Shown: positions 1 through 9,164 of the stretch, in pieces
Position numbering within the stretch: the first letter of the stretch is position 1
Layout of the letters: every line of letters begins with the position of its first letter
Assembly: GCA_045580325.1 (NCBI GenBank)
Contig: JAZNNR010000005.1
Location: 67,504 to 131,503, forward strand
DNA from: Eubacteriales bacterium
GTDB taxonomy: Bacteria > Bacillota > Clostridia > Oscillospirales > CAG-272
Direction of reading: 5' to 3'
DNA: 64,000 nucleotides
Notes under the pieces: model-generated
Told to the model about the DNA's origin: nothing
Seen by the model: the letters and a program-made list of their open reading frames with translations, nothing else
Databases searched by the model: none
Made by a program: the position numbers and the translations under genes

Positions 1-466
1 CGTTAGGTGAGTTTTCCTTCGGAATCGAAACAGAGCCGGGATTCATATAAATATAGCTTCCAAATTTTTCGCACTTAGGAACGTGCGTATGTCCGTGAAG
101 GAGAATATCGCCGATTGAGAGCGGCGGAATATTTGCCGTGTTAAACTTGTGCCCGTGAGTTATGAATATTAGGTTATCACCGTGCGGAAGGAGCGCGTAG
201 TCCGCGAGAATGGGGAAGTCGAGCACCATCTGATCGACCTCGCTGTCGCAGTTTCCTCTGACGCATAAAAGCTTATCTTTTAAGGGATTAAGCATAGAAA
301 TAACGCTTTTAGGGGAATAATCTCTTGGAAGATCATTTCTCGGACCGTGATATAAAATATCTCCGAGCAGTATCATTTTATCTGCTTTTTCTTTAATAAA
401 TGCCGATATAAGCTTTTCACAGTAGTAAGCCGAGCCGTGTATGTCGGAAGCAATTAACCATTTCAT
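1..466 (-). CDS. YfcE-like metallophosphoesterase/phosphodiesterase (C-terminal end runs off the window)
   Basis: Manual minus-strand translation from ATG (464-466): MKWLIASDIHGSAYYCEKL..LGDILYHGPRN..VRGNCDSEV..ITHGHKF..LLHGHTHVP. This gives the ordered DxH / GD / GNxD / GH / GHxH calcineurin-like motifs. The ORF is absent from the track because it is open at the window edge. Confidence 0.8.
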   Translation of the reverse strand, partial: MKWLIASDIHGSAYYCEKLISAFIKEKADKMILLGDILYHGPRNDLPRDYSPKSVISMLNPLKDKLLCVRGNCDSEVDQMVLDFPILADYALLPHGDNLIFITHGHKFNTANIPPLSIGDILLHGHTHVPKCEKFGSYIYMNPGSVSIPKENSPN

Positions 467-607
467 TTCAGTATAAATCTCCTAATCTTCTTTCGTAAAT
501 TATATTACATAAATCCCCGTTTGTCAATCGCATTTGCGAAATATTATTAAGAGTGTAGATAAACTGATAAAAAAATTGTTTTTTGGTGAAAATGAGCGCC
601 TTTTAGG

Positions 608-636
608 TTGACATTGGGGAGAATGAATGTTATAAT
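608..636 (+). promoter_or_regulatory. SigA-type promoter upstream of the transketolase genes
   Basis: TTGACA (608-613), 17-nt spacer, TATAAT (631-636), about 95 nt upstream of ATG 731. Confidence 0.5.
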
Positions 637-730
637 ATATGTAATATGTTACTATGTGTAACTATGCTTGTTTGGATATGTTCGAAACCAAAAATAAGTA
701 AATTTGCGCTTACTCATAGCGTGTGAAAGG

Positions 731-1576
731 ATGAATAATATGACGACTAAAGAACTAAAGCTTATTGCAGCCAAAGCAAGAAAACTTTGTGTGGAGGCTG
801 TATATACTGCATCTTCAGGACATCCCGGCGGATCACTTTCTTCTACCGACATTATGACAGCACTTTATTTTTCAAAAATGAGAGTAGACCCCGCAAATCC
901 TCATTGGGAGGACAGAGATAGATTTGTACTCTCAAAAGGACACTGCTCACCTGCACTCTACGGAGTACTCGCGCTTAAAGGATTTTTCCCTATAGAAGAC
1001 GTAAAGACCTTCAGAAGCATCGACGGTCATATGTCAGGACACGCTGAAATGCGTAAGATAAAGGGAATAGATATGTCAACAGGCTCACTCGGACAGGGAA
1101 TTTCCGCCGCTGTCGGTATGGCAATGGCAGGTAAGCTTGATAAGAAGGATTACCGCGTGTACGCTATAATGGGCGACGGTGAGATCGAAGAAGGTCAGGT
1201 TTGGGAAGCGGCTATGGCTGCAAATAAGTATAAGCTTGATAATCTCTGCGCTTTCGTTGACGTAAACGGACTTCAGATAGACGGACCGACCTGCGAGGTA
1301 ATGCCTACAGAGCCCATCGACGAGAAGTTTGCAGCATTCGGCTGGAACGTAATAAAGATCGACGGACATAACTTTGACGAGATTCTTTCCGCACTTGACA
1401 AGGCGGAAGCGTGCAAGGGCAAGCCTACCGTGATACTCGCAAAGACTGTCAAGGGTAAGGGCGTATCCTTTATGGAAAACAGTGTTTCTTGGCACGGAAA
1501 AGCTCCGAACGCCGCAGAATACGAAATTGCCGTGAGTGAGCTCGATAAAATAATTTCCGAACTGGAGGAAAACTAA
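731..1576 (+). CDS. Transketolase, N-terminal (TPP-binding) subunit of a split enzyme
   Basis: The ORF-track protein contains SGHPGGSLS, GHCSPALY and GDGEIEEGQVWEA, typical of the transketolase PP domain. I moved the start to ATG 731 (MNNMTTKEL), preceded by GAAAGGA. The track start at 704 is a TTG without an RBS. Confidence 0.9.
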   Translation: MNNMTTKELKLIAAKARKLCVEAVYTASSGHPGGSLSSTDIMTALYFSKMRVDPANPHWEDRDRFVLSKGHCSPALYGVLALKGFFPIEDVKTFRSIDGHMSGHAEMRKIKGIDMSTGSLGQGISAAVGMAMAGKLDKKDYRVYAIMGDGEIEEGQVWEAAMAANKYKLDNLCAFVDVNGLQIDGPTCEVMPTEPIDEKFAAFGWNVIKIDGHNFDEILSALDKAEACKGKPTVILAKTVKGKGVSFMENSVSWHGKAPNAAEYEIAVSELDKIISELEEN

Positions 1577-1577
1577 G

Positions 1578-2525
1578 ATGGCTGATAAGATCGCAACAAG
1601 AGAAGCCTACGGAAAAGCACTCGTAGCGCTCGCAGAAAAATATACGGATTTTGTAGTGCTTGATGCAGACCTTGCGGAAGCAACAAAGACAATAGGATTT
1701 TCAAAGGCATATCCCGAAAGATTTTTCGATATGGGTATTGCTGAATCTAATATGGTAGGCTGTGCGGCAGGACTTGCAAGCTGCGGTAAGAAGGTATTTG
1801 CCAACTCTTTTGCTATGTTCGCGGCAGGAAGAGCCTTTGAACAGGTAAGAAACTCTGTGGCTTATCCCGGACTTGACGTAACGGTCGTAGGCTCTCACGG
1901 CGGACTTTCTGTCGGTGAGGACGGAGCTACACACCAGTGCTGCGAGGATATTGCGCTTATGCGTACACTTCCCGGAATGACAGTACTCGTACCCTGCGAC
2001 GGTAATGAAATGACACAGGCAGTCGAGGCTATTATGAACCACGAGGGTCCTGTTTATTTAAGACTTGGCAGACTTGCTGTAGACGTTGTTACCGATACGG
2101 TAGACGGATATAAGTTCGAGATCGGCAAGGGAATTACCTTGAAGGACGGAAGCGACGTTACGATAGTCGGCGCAGGTATGATGGTACAGATGGCACTGAA
2201 AGCGGCAGAGATCCTCGCAGAAGAGGGAATTTCCGCACGTGTTATAGATATGCACACTATCAAGCCTCTCGATACCGAGATACTTCTCAAAGCCGCAAAG
2301 GAAACAGGCGCGATAGTTACAACCGAGGAGCATTCGATAATCGGCGGTCTTGGCGCCGCGGTTTGCGAATATATTTCAGAGGCGTGTCCCGTGCCCGTAG
2401 TTCGCCACGGCGTTAACGACGAGTTCGGTCGCTCGGGTAAAGCACCGCTTGTACTTCAGAAATACGGACTTACTCCCGAAAATATTGCAGAAAAGTGTAA
2501 AAAGGCTATATCCCTGAAAAAATAA
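1578..2525 (+). CDS. Transketolase, C-terminal (pyrimidine-binding) subunit
   Basis: 315 aa containing FDMGIAESNMVG..GSHGGLSVGEDGATHQ. It starts 1 nt after the stop of the N-terminal subunit, the typical split-tkt pair. Confidence 0.9.
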   Translation: MADKIATREAYGKALVALAEKYTDFVVLDADLAEATKTIGFSKAYPERFFDMGIAESNMVGCAAGLASCGKKVFANSFAMFAAGRAFEQVRNSVAYPGLDVTVVGSHGGLSVGEDGATHQCCEDIALMRTLPGMTVLVPCDGNEMTQAVEAIMNHEGPVYLRLGRLAVDVVTDTVDGYKFEIGKGITLKDGSDVTIVGAGMMVQMALKAAEILAEEGISARVIDMHTIKPLDTEILLKAAKETGAIVTTEEHSIIGGLGAAVCEYISEACPVPVVRHGVNDEFGRSGKAPLVLQKYGLTPENIAEKCKKAISLKK

Positions 2526-2544
2526 AATATTCGGAGATAAATAT

Positions 2545-4200
2545 ATGAAAATGCTTAAATCATTAGTATCTCTTTTGCTGATTTTGACATTTTGTTTTAC
2601 AGCTTTGATCTCCTGCCAAAAGGAAGAGATAACCGAGGATAACGTAATTGATATAAGCGGATATACTATCGTAAAGCCTGACGTAACCTCGGGCGATATT
2701 ACAAAGACTATATCAAATTTCAAAAAGCTCCTTAACTCTTTTACGGGAGTAGAGCTTAAAGTTGAGTCGGATTGGTATAATCCCACAAAGCCACAGGATT
2801 TTGAGTCTAAGTGTGAGATACTCGTAGGAAAAACAAACCGAGCTTTGAGCTTGGAGCTTGCCGAAGAGCTTGAAAACATAGAAGACGAAAACGCTTTTAT
2901 CATCAAGGCTACCGACAAAAAGATTGCTATTCTCGGCAAAAATGATGATGTAACCAAAAGAGCGCTTAAATATTTTCTCGTAAATTATGCTAAAACTACC
3001 GAAAGCGGCAGTAAAAAGGTAAATCTCAAAAGTGGTCATAGCGAAATAAAAACTGCTGATACGGATTCTGTTTTGCTAAATAATTTTACCGAATTTAAGG
3101 TTGAATTGAGAGCTACCGTTACCGAGCCGCCCGAAGATCATAAGGGTGTCTATCAGTATCCCACTATGATAAAGCTCGAGCATAACAAAGAGCATAACGG
3201 CACATTGCTTGCTACGCTCGAATGCGGCGATAAGGGTTACAGGATACTGAAAAGCAGTGATGACGGAAAGACTTGGGAGAAAATATCTGCTGTGCAAGAC
3301 ACTCTTAACGAGGATTACGCTACGACTTGGATGCCTTTTCTCTACGAGCTTCCTTGCGACATCGGTGAATATAAAGCGGGAACGATAATTCTTGCCGCTA
3401 CCTCGAGAAACAGAAGAGGAAACGCCTTCGAAATAAGCACAATAACACTGCACGTAAGTACAGATGTCGGCGTATCGTGGGAAACGATATGTAACGTTGA
3501 TAAAGCAGGCGGGTCTTCGTGGGGTGTCTGGGAGCCCTTCCTTATCTATGATGAAGGCACTAAAAGACTCTACTGCTTCTATTCGGACGATTCAGATCCT
3601 GAGCATAGTCAGAAGCTCGTATATAAATATACTACCGATATGAAAGCTTGGAGTGAGCTTAAGGAGTGCGTTGCCTGTGATGATCCCGAGCTTCGTCCGG
3701 GTATGATATCTATTGCGAAAATGGATAACGGCGAGTATGCTATGGCATTTGAGCTTGTAGGTTCGCGTGACGACATATATATTAAAAAGACCAAAGACCT
3801 TGACGATTGGGGCGATGTTTCCGATTACGGAAAACCCGTTAAAACAAATGACGGTATAGGAATTGGTTCTGCACCTTGGTGTGCGTGGGGGTCCGCAGGC
3901 GGAGAAAACGGTATGCTTGTGGTAGCCGCAAGACATGAGATGCCTTATCATCAGGCCGGTGAGGATGGCTCTCCGCTTCTTATAAGCTTTGACTACGGTG
4001 AGACTTATATTTCGATAGATAATCCCATTCCTCATAAGGTGGATCTGTGGGCAGATTGCAGATGCGGATACAGTCCTTGTCTTTACTTCTCACAGGACGG
4101 TAAGACACTTTATTATATGAATAATCCATATCCCGAAGATAATGAAGACTGTCAGTACATAGAGCTTGTGAAAATAAAGATAACAAGCATTTACGACTAA
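2545..4200 (+). CDS. Lipoprotein with BNR/Asp-box (sialidase-like beta-propeller) domain
   Basis: Lipobox signal MKMLKSLVSLLLILTFCFTALISC. Asp-box motifs SSDDGKTW and STDVGVSW (SxDxGxxW). GGAG RBS upstream of the ATG. Confidence 0.6.
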   Translation: MKMLKSLVSLLLILTFCFTALISCQKEEITEDNVIDISGYTIVKPDVTSGDITKTISNFKKLLNSFTGVELKVESDWYNPTKPQDFESKCEILVGKTNRALSLELAEELENIEDENAFIIKATDKKIAILGKNDDVTKRALKYFLVNYAKTTESGSKKVNLKSGHSEIKTADTDSVLLNNFTEFKVELRATVTEPPEDHKGVYQYPTMIKLEHNKEHNGTLLATLECGDKGYRILKSSDDGKTWEKISAVQDTLNEDYATTWMPFLYELPCDIGEYKAGTIILAATSRNRRGNAFEISTITLHVSTDVGVSWETICNVDKAGGSSWGVWEPFLIYDEGTKRLYCFYSDDSDPEHSQKLVYKYTTDMKAWSELKECVACDDPELRPGMISIAKMDNGEYAMAFELVGSRDDIYIKKTKDLDDWGDVSDYGKPVKTNDGIGIGSAPWCAWGSAGGENGMLVVAARHEMPYHQAGEDGSPLLISFDYGETYISIDNPIPHKVDLWADCRCGYSPCLYFSQDGKTLYYMNNPYPEDNEDCQYIELVKIKITSIYD

Positions 4201-4210
4201 ATTAAACATA

Positions 4211-4248
4211 AAACAAGCCTAAAAGGGAAGATTCTCTTAGGCTTGTTT
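4211..4248. terminator. Bidirectional stem-loop between convergent genes
   Basis: AAACAAGCCTAA (4211-4222) pairs perfectly with TTAGGCTTGTTT (4237-4248). A/T tracts flank both sides. Confidence 0.55.
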
Positions 4249-4252
4249 CTTT

Positions 4253-4480
4253 TTAGTGATGATAGTCGCGCATCTTGTTTGAATACTGACTGAATTTCAG
4301 CATATAGAAATGATGCTGTTTTTCGTTTATTTTACCTTCTTTGAAAAGCTCCTGAGTCCGCTTTTCAAGCTTTCGTCTTGACTCGTGCGCGAGATCCTTG
4401 TAATTGTTCATAAGATACTGATCTATATCGTTTATGATGTTATCAAGCTCGCGGCGAGCCTTTGATTTAAAAAGTAGCAT
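4253..4480 (-). CDS. Small hypothetical protein (75 aa, charged/helical)
   Basis: ORF-track 4253..4507. I prefer ATG 4480 (MLLFKSKARREL..), which removes the 23-nt overlap with iorB. No recognisable family. Confidence 0.35.
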   Translation of the reverse strand: MLLFKSKARRELDNIINDIDQYLMNNYKDLAHESRRKLEKRTQELFKEGKINEKQHHFYMLKFSQYSNKMRDYHH

Positions 4481-4484
4481 AATT

Positions 4485-5066
4485 TTATGCGTTGTACCCG
4501 AGCGCAAACGCTTTTTTGTTCATCTCGATAAATTTGGGAGCAACCGTGTTTTCGATAGCGGCGATCCACTTTTCGTAGGGAATATCAAAATATTTTGCAA
4601 GTCTTCCCATAAGAACGATGTTTACCGCCTTTGAAGATCCTGCTTCGTTTGCAAGAGAGAGCGCGTCGATGGCATCGGGAACTATTCCGAGCGCTTCAAG
4701 CTTTTCAAGCGCGTCGTGAGGATACTCTGCCGCACCTGTGATTACGGGCATCGGGTCGATCTCCTGATTGTTTACGATGATCTTTCCGCCCTCTTTAAGA
4801 CAGGACGCCCATCTTACAGCTTCGATCTTTTCGAAAGAAACGATAAAATCAGCTTCGTTTTCGCATATAATGGGAGAATACACCTTATCTCCGAATTTAA
4901 CGTAGGTAATTACGCTTCCGCCGCGCTGGCTCATACCGTGAACCTCGGAAACCTTTACGTCGTATCCCTCGTCAACGAGAAGACGACCGAGAAGCTTACT
5001 TGCAAGCAGAGAACCCTGTCCGCCAACACCTGAAATTATAATATTTGTAGTTTTCATATTTCTCAT
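4485..5066 (-). CDS. iorB: Indolepyruvate:ferredoxin oxidoreductase, beta subunit
   Basis: 193 aa with ISGVGGQG..HGMSQRGGSV, typical of the 2-oxoacid:Fd oxidoreductase gamma-like domain. It lies directly downstream of iorA. The start could be ATG 5066 or 5057. Confidence 0.85.
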   Translation of the reverse strand: MRNMKTTNIIISGVGGQGSLLASKLLGRLLVDEGYDVKVSEVHGMSQRGGSVITYVKFGDKVYSPIICENEADFIVSFEKIEAVRWASCLKEGGKIIVNNQEIDPMPVITGAAEYPHDALEKLEALGIVPDAIDALSLANEAGSSKAVNIVLMGRLAKYFDIPYEKWIAAIENTVAPKFIEMNKKAFALGYNA

Positions 5067-5089
5067 TTTCCTTTCAAATAATTAAGATT

Positions 5090-6808
5090 TCAGTTGATTG
5101 CGTCAAAGGCGCAAAGCTGAGTACATACGCCGCATCCGACACAAAGAGTAGTGTCAATTACAGCCTTGTTATTCTTCATACTGATTGCAGGGCAACCGAG
5201 TCGCATACAGCTCTTGCAGGAGCGGCACTTGTCGGGATCAACCTTTACAGCGGGCTTAGCCTTGACCGATTTAAGAAGCACGCAGGGACGTCTTGAAATA
5301 ATCACCGAAGGCTCATCAACAGACGTTTCTTCCTTGATTGCGGTGTCGCACGCCTTAAGATCGTAAGGATCGACTACGCGAACACGGTTTATACCGATAG
5401 AACGGCAAAGTGTTTCGAGATCTATCTTGCTTGCGGGATCGCCCTTGATATTATATCCTGTTGTGGGGTTCTGCTGATGACCTGTCATACCCGTGATAGA
5501 GTTGTCAAGTATTATAACGGTCGAATTAGATGCGTTGTAGGCGATGTTTATAAGACCGGTTACTCCTGAATGGATAAAGGTGGAATCGCCGATTACAGCC
5601 ACGCATTTTCCGTCAAAGCCTGCCTTGTTGAAACCGTGAAGTCCCGAAACCGAAGCACCCATACAAAGAGTCGAGTCGAGAGCGTTAAGAGGAGCCTGTG
5701 CGCCAAGCGTGTAGCAGCCTATATCGCCGAGAACGGTTATCTTGTTTTTGGCAAGGGTGTAGAACATTCCTCTGTGAGGACAGCCTGCACACATAACGGG
5801 CGGACGCACGGGAACGGCAGGGAAATCGCTTGTATTTGCTGTGTTTTCGAAAGCACCGAGAGCCTTTGCGATAGTTGTCTGCGAAAATTCTCCGATGCAG
5901 GAGAAAAGCGACTTGCCTTCAACGCCGAGTCCTATGCACTTGCAGAATTCTTCGATAACAGGGTCAAGCTCTTCGATAACGATAAGTCTGTCAACCTTGG
6001 AAGCAAAGTCGGAAACGAGCTTCTTCGAAATGGGGTTTACCATACCGAGCTTGAGAATACTGTATTTATCTCCAAACACCTCTTTGACGTACTGATATGA
6101 TGCGCCCGAGGTGATGATACCGATAGAAGAGTCGGCATATTCAACCTTGTTAAGAGGAGATGTTTCCGCATACTGAGCAAGTTTCTGAGTGCGCTCCTCA
6201 ACGAAGGGGTGGCGGAGCTTCGCGTATGCGGGCATCATTATGTATTTCTGCGGATTCTTTTCGTATTTGGGAAGAGCGCGGCAGGTACGCTCGCAGAGAT
6301 CTGTAATGCTCTGCGAGTGTGCAATTCTTGTGCACATTCTTATCATTACGGGAGTGTCGAATTTTTCGGATATTTCAAAAGCAAGCTTCGCGTATTCCTT
6401 TGCCTCCTGCGAGTCGGCAGGCTCAAGCATAGGAACCTTGGACGCGATAGCGTATCTGCGCGAGTCCTGTTCGTTCTGAGATGAGTGCATTCCGGGGTCG
6501 TCTGCAACGCAAATTACAAGACCGCCTGTAACACCTGTATAAGAGAGCGTGAAGAGCGGGTCAGCCGCCACGTTAAGTCCTACGTGCTTCATAGCACATG
6601 CAGAGCGCGCTCCTGCGAGGGACGCACCGAACGCCGCCTCGAGAGCAACCTTTTCGTTAGGCGCCCATTCGCAGTAGATGTCCTCATATTTTGCTGCGAA
6701 CTCGGTAATTTCGGTCGAAGGAGTTCCCGGATAGCTCGAAATAACAGAGCATCCCGCTTCCCAAAGACCTCTTGCAAGTGCTTCATTTCCAATAAGTAAT
6801 TTTTTCAT
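5090..6808 (-). CDS. iorA: Indolepyruvate:ferredoxin oxidoreductase, alpha subunit
   Basis: TPP motif GDSTFIHSG and two C-terminal 4Fe-4S motifs (CRSCKSCMRLGCP, CVGCGVCTQLC). Start moved to ATG 6808 (MKKLLIGNEALARG). Confidence 0.9.
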   Translation of the reverse strand: MKKLLIGNEALARGLWEAGCSVISSYPGTPSTEITEFAAKYEDIYCEWAPNEKVALEAAFGASLAGARSACAMKHVGLNVAADPLFTLSYTGVTGGLVICVADDPGMHSSQNEQDSRRYAIASKVPMLEPADSQEAKEYAKLAFEISEKFDTPVMIRMCTRIAHSQSITDLCERTCRALPKYEKNPQKYIMMPAYAKLRHPFVEERTQKLAQYAETSPLNKVEYADSSIGIITSGASYQYVKEVFGDKYSILKLGMVNPISKKLVSDFASKVDRLIVIEELDPVIEEFCKCIGLGVEGKSLFSCIGEFSQTTIAKALGAFENTANTSDFPAVPVRPPVMCAGCPHRGMFYTLAKNKITVLGDIGCYTLGAQAPLNALDSTLCMGASVSGLHGFNKAGFDGKCVAVIGDSTFIHSGVTGLINIAYNASNSTVIILDNSITGMTGHQQNPTTGYNIKGDPASKIDLETLCRSIGINRVRVVDPYDLKACDTAIKEETSVDEPSVIISRRPCVLLKSVKAKPAVKVDPDKCRSCKSCMRLGCPAISMKNNKAVIDTTLCVGCGVCTQLCAFDAIN

Positions 6809-6877
6809 TTGTTTTACGGAATAAAAATTCCATTCCTTTCTGCCTTGCGGCAAAGTTGTAAACTTATTTTGTAACTA

Positions 6878-6906
6878 TTGACAAAAAGAGTTTAAATTGG
6901 TATAAT
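6878..6906 (+). promoter_or_regulatory. SigA-type promoter for the YerC-like gene
   Basis: TTGACA (6878-6883), 17 nt, TATAAT (6901-6906). Confidence 0.5.
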
Positions 6907-7057
6907 TATAACAGAAATTAAAAGCGTTACATAATGTTATAATATCTGTAAATCAATTACCTTTTATTATAACAGAAATGTGTGATGATTTCAATACTTT
7001 TTAGAAGATTTTAAAATATTTTAAAGAAACAACTCAAATTTACGCTATAAAACAAGG

Positions 7058-7384
7058 ATGGGTAAAAAAATGTTAAACCAGCATAAAGAAAGAGACACGT
7101 CATTACTTTTTAAAACTCTTGCACAGATCAAAAGCGAAGAGGAGTTCCGTATGTTTTTCGAGGATCTCTGCACGTATAAGGAAATAGCACAGATGAGCCA
7201 GAGGCTCGAAAGCGCCTGTCTGCTTCTTGAAGGAAAGACCTATTCGAAGATAATCGAGAAAACCGAAATTTCATCTGCAACGCTCAGCCGTATTTCAAGA
7301 TGTATTCAGCACGGAAGCGGCGGATATAATAAGGTCCTCTTTGACATTATGAACAGCGAAAACAAGGATCCCGAGGATAACTGA
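7058..7384 (+). CDS. YerC/YecD family TrpR-related protein
   Basis: 108 aa: FFEDLCTYKEIAQMSQRLESACLL..GKTYSKIIEKTEISSATLSRISRC..GSGGY, the characteristic YerC/YecD pattern. Confidence 0.8.
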   Translation: MGKKMLNQHKERDTSLLFKTLAQIKSEEEFRMFFEDLCTYKEIAQMSQRLESACLLLEGKTYSKIIEKTEISSATLSRISRCIQHGSGGYNKVLFDIMNSENKDPEDN

Positions 7385-7412
7385 CTCCAGAATCACCGCA
7401 TATAAACAGTAC

Positions 7413-7451
7413 TCGACAGCCGTCGGAATTTTCGGTGGCTGTCGAATTTTA
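7413..7451 (+). terminator. Intrinsic terminator after the YerC-like gene
   Basis: TCGACAGCC (7413-7421) pairs with GGCTGTCGA (7437-7445), followed by ATTTTA. Confidence 0.5.
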
Positions 7452-7486
7452 TCGTTTTAAACTTAAAGCGATATTTAGAGTAAGGA

Positions 7487-7515
7487 TTGACAAACAAGAA
7501 AGTTTGTGGTAAAAT
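7487..7515 (+). promoter_or_regulatory. Promoter for tRNA-Arg
   Basis: TTGACA (7487-7492), 17 nt, TAAAAT (7510-7515), about 24 nt before the tRNA 5' end. Confidence 0.45.
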
Positions 7516-7538
7516 TTTAATGCTCTAATTTAATATTT

Positions 7539-7612
7539 CTGCTCGTAGCGTAGCTGGATAACGCACAAGACTCCGACTCTTGAGATCGCAGGTTCAAATC
7601 CTGTCGAGCAGG
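7539..7612 (+). tRNA. tRNA-Arg (anticodon CCG)
   Basis: Hand-folded cloverleaf. Acceptor CTGCTCG/CGAGCAG, D-arm GCGT..ACGC, anticodon stem CAAGA/TCTTG with loop CTCCGAC (CCG), T-arm GCAGG-TTCAAAT-CCTGT. CCA is not encoded. Confidence 0.85.
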
Positions 7613-7621
7613 TGAAAAAAT

Positions 7622-7653
7622 AAGACTCAAATCAAAATTTGAGTCTTATTTTT
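7622..7653 (+). terminator. Intrinsic terminator after tRNA-Arg
   Basis: AAGACTCAAA (7622-7631) pairs with TTTGAGTCTT (7638-7647), followed by ATTTTT. Confidence 0.7.
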
Positions 7654-7667
7654 ACGTTAATTCAAAA

Positions 7668-8231
7668 TTATGTCAAAGTGGCAAGAAGTCCGCTTGCAAA
7701 CATTTCTACGCTTATCCAAAAGAGAGTCATTGGAATGAAGTAAAGAGACATAGTAAGTAGATCTACCGCTATACCCTGTAAGGAGTAATTTTTTCTGCGG
7801 AAGTAATAATATAGAATGACCAAAATGCAACAAGCGAAAAAGCATAGAAGCGCTGCAAAAAAACTAACGGGATAGCTTATCGGATGAAGCTTTGATTCGT
7901 TGAAAACGACATACACGTACAGATTAAACAGAGATACAAGTACGAGTGAACCGAAAGCAGAAATAGAAATAGAAATTACTGTGGTTGATGTTCTGCAAAC
8001 ATTTTCAGTGAAAGCAGGAAAAAGGGTAACAAAAAGTCCGTTCAGCAGAAGCGCAAAGCCTGCCGGGATAAAAGCGAGTGCGATATACAGAGACACTCTT
8101 TGCGGACTCAGAACATTGACCTGCTCAGCGGCAGGTGCTTTTACAAGGTTAGAAAAAACGAGCGGAGCTACTATTCCCAAAATCAATATAACAACGCCTA
8201 TTATAAGTGTTATAATACCTCTTTTTTTCAT
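7668..8231 (-). CDS. Hypothetical polytopic membrane protein
   Basis: 187 aa with about 5 hydrophobic segments and no recognisable motifs. Confidence 0.5.
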   Translation of the reverse strand: MKKRGIITLIIGVVILILGIVAPLVFSNLVKAPAAEQVNVLSPQRVSLYIALAFIPAGFALLLNGLFVTLFPAFTENVCRTSTTVISISISAFGSLVLVSLFNLYVYVVFNESKLHPISYPVSFFAALLCFFACCILVILYYYFRRKNYSLQGIAVDLLTMSLYFIPMTLFWISVEMFASGLLATLT

Positions 8232-8279
8232 TTTAAATTCCTTTCCGTAATAACTACTGCGGTAATCATACGTTAATTT

Positions 8280-9140
8280 TTATTTTCTTTTAGCGAAATT
8301 TTCTGCTGCGGTAAGCGTGTTTTTAAGAAGCATCGTTATCGTCATAGGTCCGACACCGCCGGGAACGGGAGTTATGTAAGATGTTTTTTCGCTGACGGTG
8401 GCATAGTCAACGTCGCCTGTGAGCTTTCCGTCTGCGCGTCTGTTCATTCCGACGTCGATAACGACAGCACCCTCTTTTACCATATCTGCTGTGATAAAAT
8501 CGGCTTTTCCGATAGCCACAACGAGTATATCAGCGCGGCGTGTAACCTCTGCAAGATCCTTTGTGCGCGAATGACAGATGGTAACAGTACCGTTAGCCTG
8601 TAAGAGAAGCATAGCCATAGGCTTTCCGACGATGTTGCTTCTTCCTACAACGACACATTCTTTTCCCGAAATGTCGATTTCACTTGCTCGAAGAAGCTCC
8701 ATAACACCTGCGGGAGTGCAGGGAAGGAAGCTGTAATTTCCTATCATTATGCGTCCTACGTTTGACTCGTGGAAAGCATCAACGTCCTTTTCGGGAGATA
8801 TACGCGCTATGACCTCTTCGCTGTCGAGATGCTTCGGGAGAGGGAGCTGAACGAGTATTCCGTGAACGCTCTCGTCTGCGTTGAGCTTGTCTATAAGAGA
8901 ATTAAGCTCCTCACGTGTTGTATTTTCGGGAAGCTCATATACGCTTGAATTAAATCCAACCTGTTCGCATCCAAGCTTCTTGTTGCGAACGTAAACCTTT
9001 GATGCGGGATCCTCACCTACGATAATTACCGAAAGACCGGGAGCGTATCCGTAGGTCTTCTTGAAGCTTTCGGTGTCCTGTGCGATCTTATTTCTGCAAG
9101 ACAGGCTTATAGCTTTGCCGTCGATTATTTTTGCTGTCAT
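8280..9140 (-). CDS. folD: Bifunctional methylenetetrahydrofolate dehydrogenase/cyclohydrolase
   Basis: 286 aa: MTAKIIDGKAIS..GILVQLPLP..CTPAGVMELL..GRSNIVGKPMA..TPVPGGVGPMTI. Confidence 0.92.
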   Translation of the reverse strand: MTAKIIDGKAISLSCRNKIAQDTESFKKTYGYAPGLSVIIVGEDPASKVYVRNKKLGCEQVGFNSSVYELPENTTREELNSLIDKLNADESVHGILVQLPLPKHLDSEEVIARISPEKDVDAFHESNVGRIMIGNYSFLPCTPAGVMELLRASEIDISGKECVVVGRSNIVGKPMAMLLLQANGTVTICHSRTKDLAEVTRRADILVVAIGKADFITADMVKEGAVVIDVGMNRRADGKLTGDVDYATVSEKTSYITPVPGGVGPMTITMLLKNTLTAAENFAKRK

Positions 9141-9164
9141 TTTTATATTCCTTTCGTCAGTAAA